Part shown: positions 1 to 12,996 of the stretch, one piece after another
How positions within the stretch are numbered: the first letter of the stretch is position 1
How the letters are laid out: each line of letters opens with the position of its first letter
Assembly (NCBI GenBank): GCA_001687465.1
Contig: LVLI01000005.1
Location: 124,001-188,000 of the forward strand
Origin: Halocafeteria seosinensis
Taxonomy: Eukaryota
Length of the DNA: 64,000 nt
Reading direction: 5' to 3'
Notes under the pieces: model-generated
Databases searched by the model: none
Told to the model about the DNA's origin: nothing
Seen by the model: the letters and a program-made list of their open reading frames with translations, nothing else
Position numbers and translations under genes: made by a program

Positions 1-3000
1 GGATAGAAAAGCGCTCTACGACCCCCTGAACTGCAACACCACGCGCATTGTGAGAGCTCAGTGGGCCATCGACCTCTTTAGAGTCAGACGCTATTTGGAC
101 GCCACTTCGTAGATCTGTTGCTATGTGCTCGCCTCTTACGGCGACAAAAATGTCGTAACTTCCACTTAATGTTGGAGTATAACTAACTGTATACTTTCCG
201 GGGGAAGGCAACGCCTTAATTGTGACTCTGGAATTGTTCAGTGTCAGCTCTGCCTCTGTACTGCGATGAGACAACCGTACATCGATTGCGTGAATATCCA
301 CTCCGGATGGTCTCAGATTTCCCGAGGTACCGTGAACAACTATTTGGCTTCTAACAAAAGGCGAAACATTCAGAGAATCACTGGACAAGTCAGTCTCTTC
401 AAATAGAGGAGTAAGCAACGGCTGAGGGCCGAGTGGTTTTGGATGGTCACCCCTCCCGCCATTAACGAAAGTAACTAGCCACATGCGCTCAACGACGGTT
501 GATGAATCGGCTAGATTTGGACCAAATACGTTTTTTTCAACCTGTACTTTGCCGATAGAGGGGAGCTGTTCTAGTAGAGTTTTCATTTCCTCTGCTGAGG
601 TGTCTTGGCTGAGAAGTTCCGTAACTTCACCCTTGAAACGCAATCTGAAAACACCCGTAACTTCACAGTACATCAAAGGTTTCTCAGGACAGTCCAATAA
701 AGGCATACTTATCGCCTGCACTTCTTTTCGAGGCATATCTCGAACCGTAACATTGAAGGATAATTTGTCGCCTGCTAAACCGCCTTGGAGTCCGATACCT
801 TCCGCTGTGGATGCAGCGCCACTAGGCCCTGAAACGTTCACTTCTATATGAAACGGACTGTGCTTGATCGTGTCTCGACCAATTGCTCTCACTTGCATTT
901 CCCATGATCCAGCTTCAAAAACTGTATAGTCCATAAGGTAGGTTCCTAACGTACCGGACCGTCTCGCTTCAATTGAGGCGCCCGAAAGGGGTTTCAGTTC
1001 GTCTTTGAATCCAGTCGCGACCGGGGAGTCCACACGGATAAAAAATGTATCCCCATCACGAGCTACACTGGTAAGCAAATGGTCCGGCTGTACAGACGTC
1101 CCACTGAATAATCGTTGTAGCAATAGTCTAAGTCCCTGAGCACTAGAATTTGAGAACAATTCTAGCGTATTTTCCTCAAACCGTAGACTGATAACACTAC
1201 TTGTAGGAATCATATGTAGCACAATCGTACTTGAATTTAAGGATGCCTCTTGGGGGCCTTTCATCGAGGCAAAAAAATAGTCACTCACTCCATCCCCCTC
1301 ACCTTCCCCATTTCGCCTGTTTGCGAACGTGTCTCGTCCAACTATTTGTACTGTTTGTTTACTACCAGATGTTGCTTCCCTTAAGCCTTGACCAGAGGCT
1401 GTACTACTTGGCCCATGTAACAAACCATGTACCAGCTTAATAACTTTCTTCGATCTGTCCATTGTCGCAATTGGCTGACCAGCGAAGGACTCAGACAATA
1501 TCGTGCTGTCCCCGAGGTAGATACCAATTTCGTAGTCGCCAGCAACCAGAACCGTATAAGTGACAGCGTAGGAACCATCCCCTCTATCTTCAACATTGGC
1601 CTTGATTCGTTCGCCACAACCAGCAGAAATGCACGAAACTTCTACAAGAAATTCGTCTCCTCCTGAGTTACGAACGTTTCCGAACGTGTCTCGAGAGGTG
1701 ATAACGAAATGCTGTGTCTCCCCCACAGTGCCACCATGCAAACCGTTGCCCATTGCAAAAGACGTCAATGCCACTGCTTGCCCCGGACTGACAACCACTT
1801 GAAAGGGGGAGCAAGCATCTAGATCACCGCGGCCGCATTGGATGTGACTGCGGCCCAGCATCAATGAGTCTCCACTGGCACTAGTCTTTACTTCTATGTC
1901 GTAGTGTCCAGACTTCCTAATAAGGTAAGACACCAAATATTGTCCGCTCCCTATATATTCTGGCGAGACGGCGTATTCCTCCTTGTCAAGTGACCCTCTT
2001 CCCTTTATCTCTACCGAGAACACATCACCAGGATTAGTCTTGTTATTCCCCAACGAATCCTTGGCCTGAATGATGAAGTTCGTCCGGACTCCTGCAACTG
2101 CTTGTTCTAGGCCAGCACCAGATGCGGTAGTAAATGGGAAATCCACCGGCCCGGGGACGATATCAACACTAAAAGGAGAATCCACAATATGGGAAGCGAA
2201 GTATAGATTTGATGAAGGCACAACTTCACGAGTCAACGACGCCGACCTCCACTCTAGACGAATATGTGCAGACCCCGACAGCTCCTTGTATTCCACAAGT
2301 ATGTCATGAAACCTGTTTTCTTCCATCGCAAATTGAACCCGTTGCTCGCGACAACAAGAATCCCATCTATCTACGAGCAGCGAATGGTCCAAATACAGCC
2401 GCACTCCCTCATCAGCTTGAATGAAGAAGGTAACGACTTCGGTCACAGAATGCCGAATCTTCCCACTCCATCGAATCGAGACATAGTCTCTTGCAAAATC
2501 CGTCACTAAGCCACTTTGGAAATCAAAATCTATTGCGGGATCGACTCTTCGAATAACAGGTTCTCCGAGTAGCCACTGATTATCAAAATAGTCTGCAGAT
2601 AAGCCTCCATTCTCTAGTTGTCTCACAGCAAGGAAAGCGGCCCCGGTCTTCGTAGGTAAGTAACCTCCTTGGTAATGAGGGCGTCCAGCCACAGATCTTT
2701 CTACTCTAATCCTCTCATCTGCGGAAGAAAAACTGAAAGCATTTCCCTGACGGACTTCCATCGTCTGTACTTGTGCATTGCTTCCTCTAAGTTTAGAATG
2801 AGCCGAAAGCAAAGGAACGTCCCCCTTGTTCGTCCTAAATGTAATATCCCAAGAGAATTGCCCATTGCCAACAGGCCCAATTCTTGTTACTTCCACGAAG
2901 CCAATGCTGTTCAGCGCATGCAGGGCAGCTTGCAGCGCTTCGCTAGATACATCGAACGGCAAATTATGGGTTCTTTCCCCGCCAAAAGACAAGGTAAAAG

Positions 3001-6000
3001 AACCACTAAGTGGAGTAGGATCACCGCCGCTTGTTTCTACCCGTTGGATTTCACTAATTTCTGGAAGCGGCTCCAGCAGAGGTAAGTTACCCAGATTCGA
3101 TAGAAACCTAACGTTCCACCGCAAACCGTTATTACTGGTTCTATGGCGTTGCACTAAAGTCATTCCGATTCCCGCGATTCCCTCCAGTGCGTTTCTAACT
3201 ACTTCTGCGCTTGCATCATGTGGAATGTCTTGAGAGTATGCCCCGTTTCCCCTCCCAAACCGAAGCATAAAGCTTCCGGACACAGGAGAAAATCCACGCC
3301 TTAACTCCTGAACCAAGATGTCTCCCATAATTCCACTGCTGTTTGACAGTCTTGCTACGCTTAGAAGTGGAACGTCACCAACAGGATCAACGAATTCCAC
3401 CAGAAACAACGCGTGACAGTCCTCATTGACGAGGGAGGATATCCCTGCAGTGTAAACGATAACATCCTTTAAAGTCGGGAGTTGTTCCAACTGAGCTTCG
3501 AGGGATTCTGTACTCATATTACTATGGAGGACAGCTGAGTAACCGCCGAAGAACACCTGAACTGTCCACACATCTGCTCCAGTGTCTCCCTGAACTGAAA
3601 TGACTTGCTTTTCGTTAACGAAGGTCCAATCGGACGAGGTGATTATCTCCTGTACTTCTGCTATGCCTTCCTGCAGCTTGTGTGCCCTATACTCGTTAGA
3701 AAATGAGGTTACACGAAGCAGCGGAAGACTACCAAGCAACGACAAAAACGAGATTGTGTACTCAGCAGAATATTCACCTAGAATGCGTTGTGTCACTTGA
3801 ACACGGCCCACCGATTCATACTGATGGAAGAGACTTTGTAGCCTGCTGCTCCCAATGTCCCAGGAGATATTGGAAATTGAGAGTGGGAGCAGTCTTGGGT
3901 TAGACAAAGCACTCAGGTCCCAGAATAGTGAAAACTTGCTAGCATTGGAGATTACAAAACGTTGCGTGTCAAACGCAGCGGGAACATATTCTGCTACGGA
4001 CCCGTCCCTAATCCATTGTTGTGTCCCGATACCGTTAGTTTCAGGCGTTCCCCATAACTCAGTAAAGAAGATATCACTCCCTTGGAATTTCGCAGGAGTG
4101 AGGATTTCGCGCACCACGTCGCCATTGACTTTTCGAGGTTCTATGATGAAATTGTTTCCCCTGCCCTTCACGAACTCCTTAATCTGCACACTCACGTTAG
4201 CATCGTTTTGGAAGACTTGAATCAGTGGAAGATCACCCATATTATTCAGAAACGTAATGAACCAGGATCTGGATGACCCTGGCACTGGTGCTTCTGTTGA
4301 AACCTTCAGTTCCCCATGAAATGCGGAAGAAAGAGCATCCTGAAACTCACTTAAGGACGCGTCTGTTGCCACATCAGTGGTGATCGTTCCACCCGGAAGC
4401 TTCAATGAGAAGTTACTTCCCCCTGTTGGTCCAAAAACACTAATTATTTGTTGCTCGAAGACTACTCCTGCTATCCCCTTGGAAAGTGCCGCTCCAACAG
4501 CCGTGGTGTGTGACGGAGAGGCCCCATCCCTCGTAGACACCGCATCCGATAACTTGCTGGGCCTACTAAATCCAATCGCATTCAAAGCTACAACAGTGAA
4601 AGCGTACGACGTCCCGCTCAGAGTGTCCACGATATCGGCAGATGTCGTTCGCGGAGCTGCTGAAGCGTCTAGGGCTAACGACCCTAACTGGCCCCTGAGT
4701 AAGAGTTCTACAGAAGCTTGAACCTCTCTACCCTGCAGCAGGGTGTCCGAAATTTCCACATCAGTGACATCATCCGGGAGGGGAACGAATGATATTTGCC
4801 ATCTATTGCCACCATTGCCATCAAAGTCACGGTCAGATGCCTGCTGGCTCACTCCGACAACATTTCCGATACCACTCCTCACGAGAGCCTTCCGGAGGGT
4901 GAATGCGCTTGCAGAGATGGGGATGAGGCCGCTTTTGAAGTTACCACTCATAAGCTTGAAGAAACCACCACACGAAGAACCACCTTGTTGTAGGGTAGCC
5001 ATACTGTACGAATTCAATGGGCTGCCATCAACCTCCAAGTCTATATTCTCAAAGAGAAACGGGAAGACATCATCAGCTCGTGGAGGAAATATAAACGTAA
5101 AGTTCCCAGTGCTCCCTTTTTCGACCGTCATTTGGCACGTCACCGAAAGAACACTGCAAGAGCGACGAATCTGCTCCTGAATGGTAGCTGCAGATGTATT
5201 TACCCTAAAAGGACCGAAGCACAGCCAATCGCTTGCAGTATCAACATAATGTAGCATAAAAGTTCCAACTGCCTTTTCGTCAACCTCTAGCCTCTGTATC
5301 TCGGTTTGTGGAGAGGCGCATGTTATAGAGACTTCAAAAATTGTGTGTTGAATCGTTTTGCCTGAATCTTCGAAGCCGGCACCCACAAGTTGAAAAATTT
5401 GATAACCGATGAGAGGCGAACTACCTGTGAAGACTGGTGCATCCCATCTGATTGATATAGAGTCAGAACGGACAGCTGCAACTACGGGAGTAGGGGGCTC
5501 CTCAGGCACCACAGCAGAGAGAATTGTAGTAGAAGGGCTTAAAGAACCCCAGCCCACAGAGTTTTTTGCTCTTACTGCGAACTGGAATCGTTGACCTGCA
5601 GGTATTCCCCTCATTGTGTGGCTAAAATCAGAGTACTGGAGCACTGTAGGTACAAGGATAGAAGACCCAAGTTCCAGTTCAATTCCGGGTGGAGTCTCTG
5701 GATTTGAGTAAAGTGCCACGGACAATCTAAAACAACCCTGACACCGAAACCTTTGAAAAAATACAATGGCCGAGGAACCCAGCTTGTGCACAATAGCATC
5801 AGAGAGTCCTGTTAGAATACCTTCGGACAGCTTACACACATCGCCCACTGTGAATAACGCAGCGCCAATACGGAGTTCAGGGGTGTAGCAGGTAGAGGTG
5901 GTTTCAGTAGAAAACTCCGCCACCAGTGGATGACCCCCTCCTTTAGTAATCTCCTCGACGGAAATTGAGTCGCTGGAGACAGGGCCAGCAGTAATAGGTG

Positions 6001-9000
6001 TTATGGGTACTGCGTCCCCAGGAATGCCCAATAGCCCAACACGAATATTCCGAACCTGGCCTTCCTCAACGTTGATCTCCGTGGGCACGAGACGCACTGC
6101 CAACTCACCTAGGGCACTACTGATTTCCCTCCATGCCTCAGTGGCATTCGAGAACTCCAATGGAAACGCAGGGGTAGAACTGTGAAATATACCGTCAATA
6201 TCCTCGTACTGTACCTGGATTGATACGGAGGGTGACGATTTGTTGAAAAGGCTGTCATGAAAAATCACTTCTTGGATTTCGATATGGGTAAGGCTGACAG
6301 AATTAACCATTTCGCCCCCCTCTCCGTTGTCGTAGAACAGCATGTAATCTACAATTTCACTTCCACCATTATCCCGTGGAGGGCTCCAGGCGAGAGTAAC
6401 AACGGCTGTGGATTTCTCTTCATCCACGAAGTTTGGCCAGTCTCGCTTCGGGCTTGGAGGCGGTAACGGTCGAATGGGCTCTCGGGGGACAAAGATTGAT
6501 GTCTCTGATTCTGCACCGTTCCCGAGCAAATTCCTTGCGGCCACTTTCAGTTTCACGCTCTCACCATTAGTTACGGATGGGAAGTGGATAGTAGCGGTGG
6601 TCTTATGCGGCAGGCCGGTGCCATCATACACCTTCTGCCACGTTTCACTGTCTCCTCCTTTCCATTCATTTAGATACAGAAGGTATCCAGTCACAGGGCT
6701 GCCTCCACTAAAATCTGGAGCGTTCCAGCGTACGGTCAATGAAGACTGATTGGAAGAGACTAACATCGGGGCTGAGGGGCTGGATGGGACAGAATGCACA
6801 GGTTTCATGCTGTTCGGTATCGTTAAACCAGCTGGACCAAATGATTGAGAGTTGTGGGCTGAAATCCTGAAAAAATACTCTCTGCTTAGCTCCAATTGCC
6901 GTACGACAACACGAAAAGGCATTTCGGAAGAGAGATCAGTAAAAATTATTGCCCGATAGAAAGCTGAGCGTCTAAGGAGCGTCTTTCTCCTGGTAACAAG
7001 CTCGGTGGAGTTCGAATTCAATCCACCAGAGAGGTTATCAGCATCGGTCTCTATTAGCGGAACGTCCTTAATGTTGCACACATCTAGTCTTTTACCCCCT
7101 GATTCCACCATTCGACATCCGGAAAAGGTAATCATCCAGATAAATCCTGTCTGGGTCGTTTCACGGGTGATCGATACCGTGCCTACATCTGGCAGTGTCT
7201 CGAGCTCGTTTTTCAAAGAGGTAGTGGACACATCAAACCTCATGGATGCCGTGCTTGATCCACCAAATTGTGCTTGCCAACTGCCTGCCAAGGAATGACT
7301 CCCTCTTTGAACCTCGTCTAATACTACCCTTGCTTGTACCCCACTTAAACGACCTTCACTGCCTATCTCCGCAACGTTGCCACTGCCAAGCGGAATATGC
7401 CCCACTAGCCGGATGAATTCCACAGTCCATGTGAATCCTCCGACGGGAGTCGGTCCTGTTCGGGACACGTCTACCTGTTCGATGCTTGGAAGAGACTCGA
7501 TCGCCGCTTTCATTTCTGAGACAGAACTGGCTGCATCAAGGAGAACAGTCATGTGTCCATCTATGGCTAATCGAAACTGCCCACCGACATAGTTGCCTTC
7601 CCTACTTGAGCGACCTGAGGGGCATAGTTCACCCTTGCTACATACTTGTGCAGAGGCATCGTTTCCAACCAACCGGCTATCATCCACTTCAATTGCCGAC
7701 ACTATTCCGCCCGTTCCGACGAATCCGACCACCCAGCTAAATGTGTTGGCAACAGTATCTTTTTCAAATCTTTCTACATCAATTGTTATACCTCCGAAAA
7801 GAGCCTCAAGTTGAATTTGTAGTTCGTCTTCGTCAATATTTGAAGGTAGATGGTCCGTGACGAACCCACTAACGGACAGCTGGAACGTGCCTGCCACGGG
7901 AGCCGAACCCTCTTGAGCTTTCTGCACTTCAAATATTTTCTTTCCTTGAAGGCCTTCAAAATCAGCCTTTAACAAAGGAAGCTTCCCTTTGAAACCCGGT
8001 GTATTCAGAAATGTTATGTTAACCGGGGAAGGGGTCGAGTCTCCGGCAGAACCAAAGCAAGTGCCTGTTTGTTGGTCATTTGGAGACGCGAATTCGATTA
8101 CCACATCTTCTATTGAAGGAAGTGACATTAACTTTTCTTCAAGCGACTCTCCATCCGTAGTTGGCCCTTTCCGAAGCGGAGCGTTCCATTTTATTGAAGA
8201 CGTTGCGTGGCCATCAAAGGTGAGAGAAAATGAACCCCCAGTAGCGTCGCATCTGATTTGCTGTACCTCCGCTATTATGTCTCCGGTTGCTGCAGTCCCC
8301 GATGTCTCGATGATTTGAATGGCAGAAACAGTAGAAGCGTCAAGCGCCGTTGTCGTAATGTTATAGATATTGGGCCTTACTTCAGTCGAGAGCTCAATTT
8401 CCTGAACTTCATGCTCAAACGGGACTACGTCGTATTCGATCCTATAGCTGTCAATATCTGCGCCGCCGTTGGAACGAGGAGGCGAGAATTGAACTTCAAG
8501 AGCTGTACTACCGGCAGCAGCCAGTTGGATCTCTTCGGGCTGTTCTGGCGTCTGAAAAGCTGGGGCAAGGCCTGGTGGCCGTGCTAGGAGTGCGGGACCT
8601 ACGCCTACCGAATTTATTGCAGCAACCCGAACATAGTAGGTAATACCTTGCTCAAGAGATCCGATAACAAACGAAAGAGATTCAATGTCGGTGACAATCG
8701 CAGATCCAACAGGTAGGCCCTCTATCCCAGCAGAGAAAGCCGGAAGTTCGCCAGTAGTGCTTTCTGCAACGTCGACATAGGCCAATGTACCCATAAGGGA
8801 GAGAGAATCACCCTCCAGTAGCTCGAGATTTCCAAGGTTACCGGAGAACGTCACCCACCACGTGTGGCCGTTATTTTCATCGCTCATATTTCTCGAAACG
8901 GCAACTGTATCGACGCTGTCCAATGATTCTAGTTGAGAAGCTAGGACTCTGGCACTGGCATCATGAGGCAAGAACGCAGTTCGGAAACCTTGAAATGAAA

Positions 9001-10866
9001 GCGCAAAAGAGCCTCCTAATGGTGTAGATGTACCATTTCGCACCGTTTCTGCTGAAACAATCACTTCATTGGTAGTCACATTGCGCACCTGCAGCTCAGC
9101 CAGGTGTCCAGCTTTTGACAGAAATTCTACTTCGAAGCTTGCCATATCGGCGGAAGGACAAGGGTTTCGTGGAGCTACCGAAACCTGACCAATTTCGCGG
9201 ATTTCTAGTTCTCGTCTTAACTCAACTGCTGTAGCACTACAGTTCATAGTGCTACCGTCAAAAACGGGTCTTATCGTTGCTGTTTCAGCAGCATCTATGG
9301 TAAGAAAGAATTCTGATATATCACTTGCAAAACGCAACACCTGTATGGCTTGAACAGTGCCGTCGTGCACTTTGCGGCTCGTTACAAGTGTCTCAACATC
9401 ATCTGCATCAGACGTTCCTTGCAAAGTATCCAAGACATTATCGGGGTCCCGTTGCAACAATGGGAGACTACCAGGCTTGTTTAAGAAGGAAACGGTCCAG
9501 GTCGACTCTCCAGACGGGCCCATTTCATCTTTCTTTTTAACAGACACAGAGCCAATGCTTGGAAGGTCTTCAAGTGCCAGTTTGACTGTAGATGCATCAG
9601 CATCCCACGGAATCACTGCAGCTTCCCCGTCGAAGGCCAAGACAAAATTGCCTGTAAGTTGATTTCCTCGTACGCAACGAGGGTCCGCTGTCTCGTTTGC
9701 TAGTTCGCATACTCGGACAACTGGATTGTTACCGGTCAGCCAAAATCCGTCAGCTTCTATCATCGTTAATCTCCCTGAGTTTTGCTTCCCAATAAAAGTA
9801 ATAGTCCACGTATTCATTCCAAACCTGAATGATTCACGGGAAACTTCCACAGCCTCGATGGTCGGTAAGGCTTCCAGAGAGTTTCTCATTTCGGCCTCAG
9901 AGGCCTGTGCAGAGATGAAGTCTGTATCAGCACCTTCAAAGTTGAGCCGGAACTGTCCACCTAGGAGCTCTCCATGAGTAATCGTCCTGAATGACACATC
10001 GGCACCAGTCCCCAGCAAGGAAGAGGACGCCAGAGTCATCAAATTTACGTTGCCTTCAGGTTCCAAGAACGTAATGGTCCACGTGTAGCCTTGTTCCGGG
10101 GAAGGTCCTTGACGGACTACGTCAACTTCTTCGATGTTCGGCATACGTTCCAAAATAGCCTTAAGAGTTTCCGGTGAAGCATCGAACGGGATGTCACCCG
10201 AAGTGAAAATCCCCCCTCCTTTGTCCCTGGTGTCGAATGCAATGTTAAATTTACCTCGAATCACGCTTCCTGGAAGTGCTGATGTCTTCATCTCCTGAAC
10301 CTCCGGTTCTTGCTCCATGAAAGTAGAGACGGTTTGTTGCTCTTGAACTAACGTCGTCTCCGTTTGGAACTCCTGGATTTCGTTGCTTCCTAGCTGGATT
10401 CCAGTGGACACCCGTTGGACCTCCTCGACGGGGGCTTCTGCATAGGGGCAGAGTTTAGCCGTTATTGCCACTGTCGAAGTCTATGTTTACTCATACCTGT
10501 GTCCCATTCGACCTTGTAGCTCGTAACGGTACTTCCTCCATCAGAATCTGCGTCACTTTTTGTCAATACAAGCACGAGATAGTCTCCCGAAGTTCTACAT
10601 ACCCGGTTCCGCGAACTCGACTCGTAGAGCAGTATTCGAAACCACGAACAAATCAGCCGACACTGGGGCTTCGGGCTCTGTATTACCGGAATTTGGTATG
10701 ATAGGCATATCCAGCGTGCAACCAGTGAGGTCTTACCTGTGGCCTCGCCCACACTATGTCTTTCGGACGGGAAAATTACTCGCTCGAAATGACTGACATC
10801 AGCTACTGCTACACCCACAGTGGTGTAAATTATTGTTAAATATATGTATAGCTTCATCAACTTCAT
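1..10866 (-). CDS. Giant secreted/surface protein with FN3, PA14, filamin/Ig-like and uncharacterised EVQ..GGxF repeats (stramenopile 'titin-like' type); 3'-partial
   Basis: Exons 10866-10737, 10677-10603, 10547-10497 and 10437-<1, with GT-AG introns of 59/55/59 nt. Signal-peptide-like MKLMKLYIYLTIIYTTVGVAVA; FN3 motifs (SDGGSTVTSYKVEWD, WNAPDFSGGSPVTGY, YYVRVAAINSVG); PA14 (GGLSADYFDNQWL...VSIRWSGKI...ADEGVRLYLD, ~2610-2220); filamin-like repeats (GAGLEQAVAGVRTNFIIQAKD). The frame at 10435 matches the frame at base 4, and the ORF track lists no stop-terminated ORF in it, consistent with one open 10.4 kb exon. Confidence 0.9.
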
Positions 10867-11844
10867 GACGCTGCCGTTGTATGCATCGTACGGGGTCCTA
10901 CAACGACTTTTTACGGCCATCAATAGCGGACAAGCTGGCAAACTATAGAGAACAAGAAAACGACGACGTTACAACAACGATTCCTACTATGCTATACTAC
11001 GAGAACCTATGCTGAAAACTGAACAATGCAGGATTTTATGTATATAATGAACGTCATCTTTGGGAGCCTCTCGTCCAGGTTGAGCGGCTGACTGGAGTGA
11101 ACCGTTGGACGCCCGGGTGTCTACGGTACTTCTTTGAAGTTTATGATGGTTGTATTGTATTCCTGTATACTATTATTGTATCAGTTGTGCTTACATGGTC
11201 ACCACAATCCCAGGAAAGCGTAATCGACCGCCTGCGCACTGGGTAACACACTTTATTCGCATTACACCGCAATCTGAACCTGCACCATTCAAGTCTGGGC
11301 GCCCAAGCTTGTAAGATGCTGTTCCAAATGCTGCTGACGTAAACTCGGTAGCTCATCACTTAGCACGATGGAATGAATGTCGTATATTAGTAAATACTGG
11401 ACTTTTTTGACTTGGTTGTTGGTTGCACCTTTATCTGTACACCTTGAGCGAGTGGCCAACTTGATCATGATATCTCGTTCTATAGTAAAACAATAAAGTT
11501 GTTCAAGAGCCACAGTCGCTCTCGAAGCAGCAAGATAATCGGAGTGGAATGTTCGCGGCACAATGTGGCACCTATAATCAATGATATTGTACATACGCGG
11601 CGTAATAACCGGACTATCGGCATTCTTCACAAATCACGGTGAGTTACTCACCGCAGTGTTTAGACTGCCAGTTTGTATAAATTATAGTAACACGACTACC
11701 CACTGGATTGTAACGTATTATCTTCAAATTGAGCTTCTTGGTTGCATGAATTCCGGTATTGCTGTTCTCATCTGAGGATTTTGTCGTATCAGGGATTACC
11801 TGTGTTTCCGAAGCGCAGAGTATACCGTCAAATTAGACGAAGTG

Positions 11845-12065
11845 ATGTTCGATTTTTTACCAGAAGAGCTGGGGGATAATGTTCGCATATTTGTCATTGT
11901 ACTTTTGGTAAGCGCTTTGCGAGACTGAATGGCTGTAGGTATATTTTTATCGTATGATTAGCGCAGGTTTTGCACCTTGTTGCTTTCCTGTTCTGGGGAT
12001 ATTCGACATGGAAGGAAGTCTCCGAGGATTCTAAGCATCCGGATCCAAAGTCCAAACAATATTGA
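11845..12065 (+). CDS. 53-aa single-transmembrane microprotein (2 exons)
   Basis: Exon 11845-11907, intron GTAAGC...CGCAG 11908-11966 (59 nt), exon 11967-12065, giving MFDFLPEELGDNVRIFVIVLLVLHLVAFLFWGYSTWKEVSEDSKHPDPKSKQY*. Confidence 0.72.
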
Positions 12066-12996
12066 TGCAAATCCGCGCAGTATACTACGGAATGAGCGAG
12101 ATGGTACCAGAGGAAGTGGAAAACAGCGTCGAGCACTAAGTAGCATCCTTGCTAGGTCACAAGCATGTTGAAATTGTATGCCGTAGGACATCATGGTAGA
12201 GGGACTACGTATTCAATATGTGCGAGCATAAAGTGTCCGAAACGTACAGATAGTTAACTAAGCACCAAGCCAACTTGCTTAGCTAATAATGGGCAATCTC
12301 AGACCAATCTGTAGAAATAGACAAAGCACTCGCCTCGTTCTTGTGGAGGGTTGCGACGACCCTTATTTAGTGTAGAACTGAAAATTGTACGAGTTGGATC
12401 CTGTGCGACATCGCAATGGAACATGTTGACAGGTGGTTGTGCTTGCGTAGCCCGGCAGCATCCTCCTGGTGTGAAAGCGAACGTGGATTACGACTTGAAG
12501 TTCTATACAGGCTCCAGCCTGTAGCACACAGCCACGAGGTGAGTAACCGAGTTTACTTGGACTTCCGATTTGATAAGCCCATGTCACATTGAATGCGCCT
12601 CGAACTGCATGAACGACGTAAGTATATCTGTGAACAATTAGTCTTTGGAAGCAATTATTCGGGTGGAAACACTTTATGTACTTCAACCTAAAGCGTTTAC
12701 GTGGCGGCTTGCAATCGAATGTTGCAAGTGTCTCTACGCTTGTTGTGAATACCCATAGCGTTTTCTCTTCCTTGTTCGAACCTTAGGGTGCTAAGATGGG
12801 CTTGCTTTCTCCATTGCTATTGTACAGGGCTGGCGCATACCGAGAACACGTGCATGGTGGGAAATGACTAGACGAAGTTTGCTCGGATTATATAAGGTTT
12901 AGCATGGAAAGGAGGGATTGATCGTGGTGGAATCACGTTTCTCCGACTGGGAGACTTAGTTGGCTAGCTAAATACGAACGGAAAGAGCTCTTTGCC

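Noticed and set aside
483..9977. Numerous plus-strand ORFs of 60-145 aa
   Set aside because: Antisense shadows of the giant minus-strand exon.
10462..10941. 159-aa minus ORF, first suspected to be an insertion truncating the giant gene
   Set aside because: Explained by the three short 5' exons and their introns read through.
11000..11630. Possible small exons or ORFs between the giant gene and the microprotein (also 12360-12700)
   Set aside because: No coherent start-to-stop spliced model could be built.
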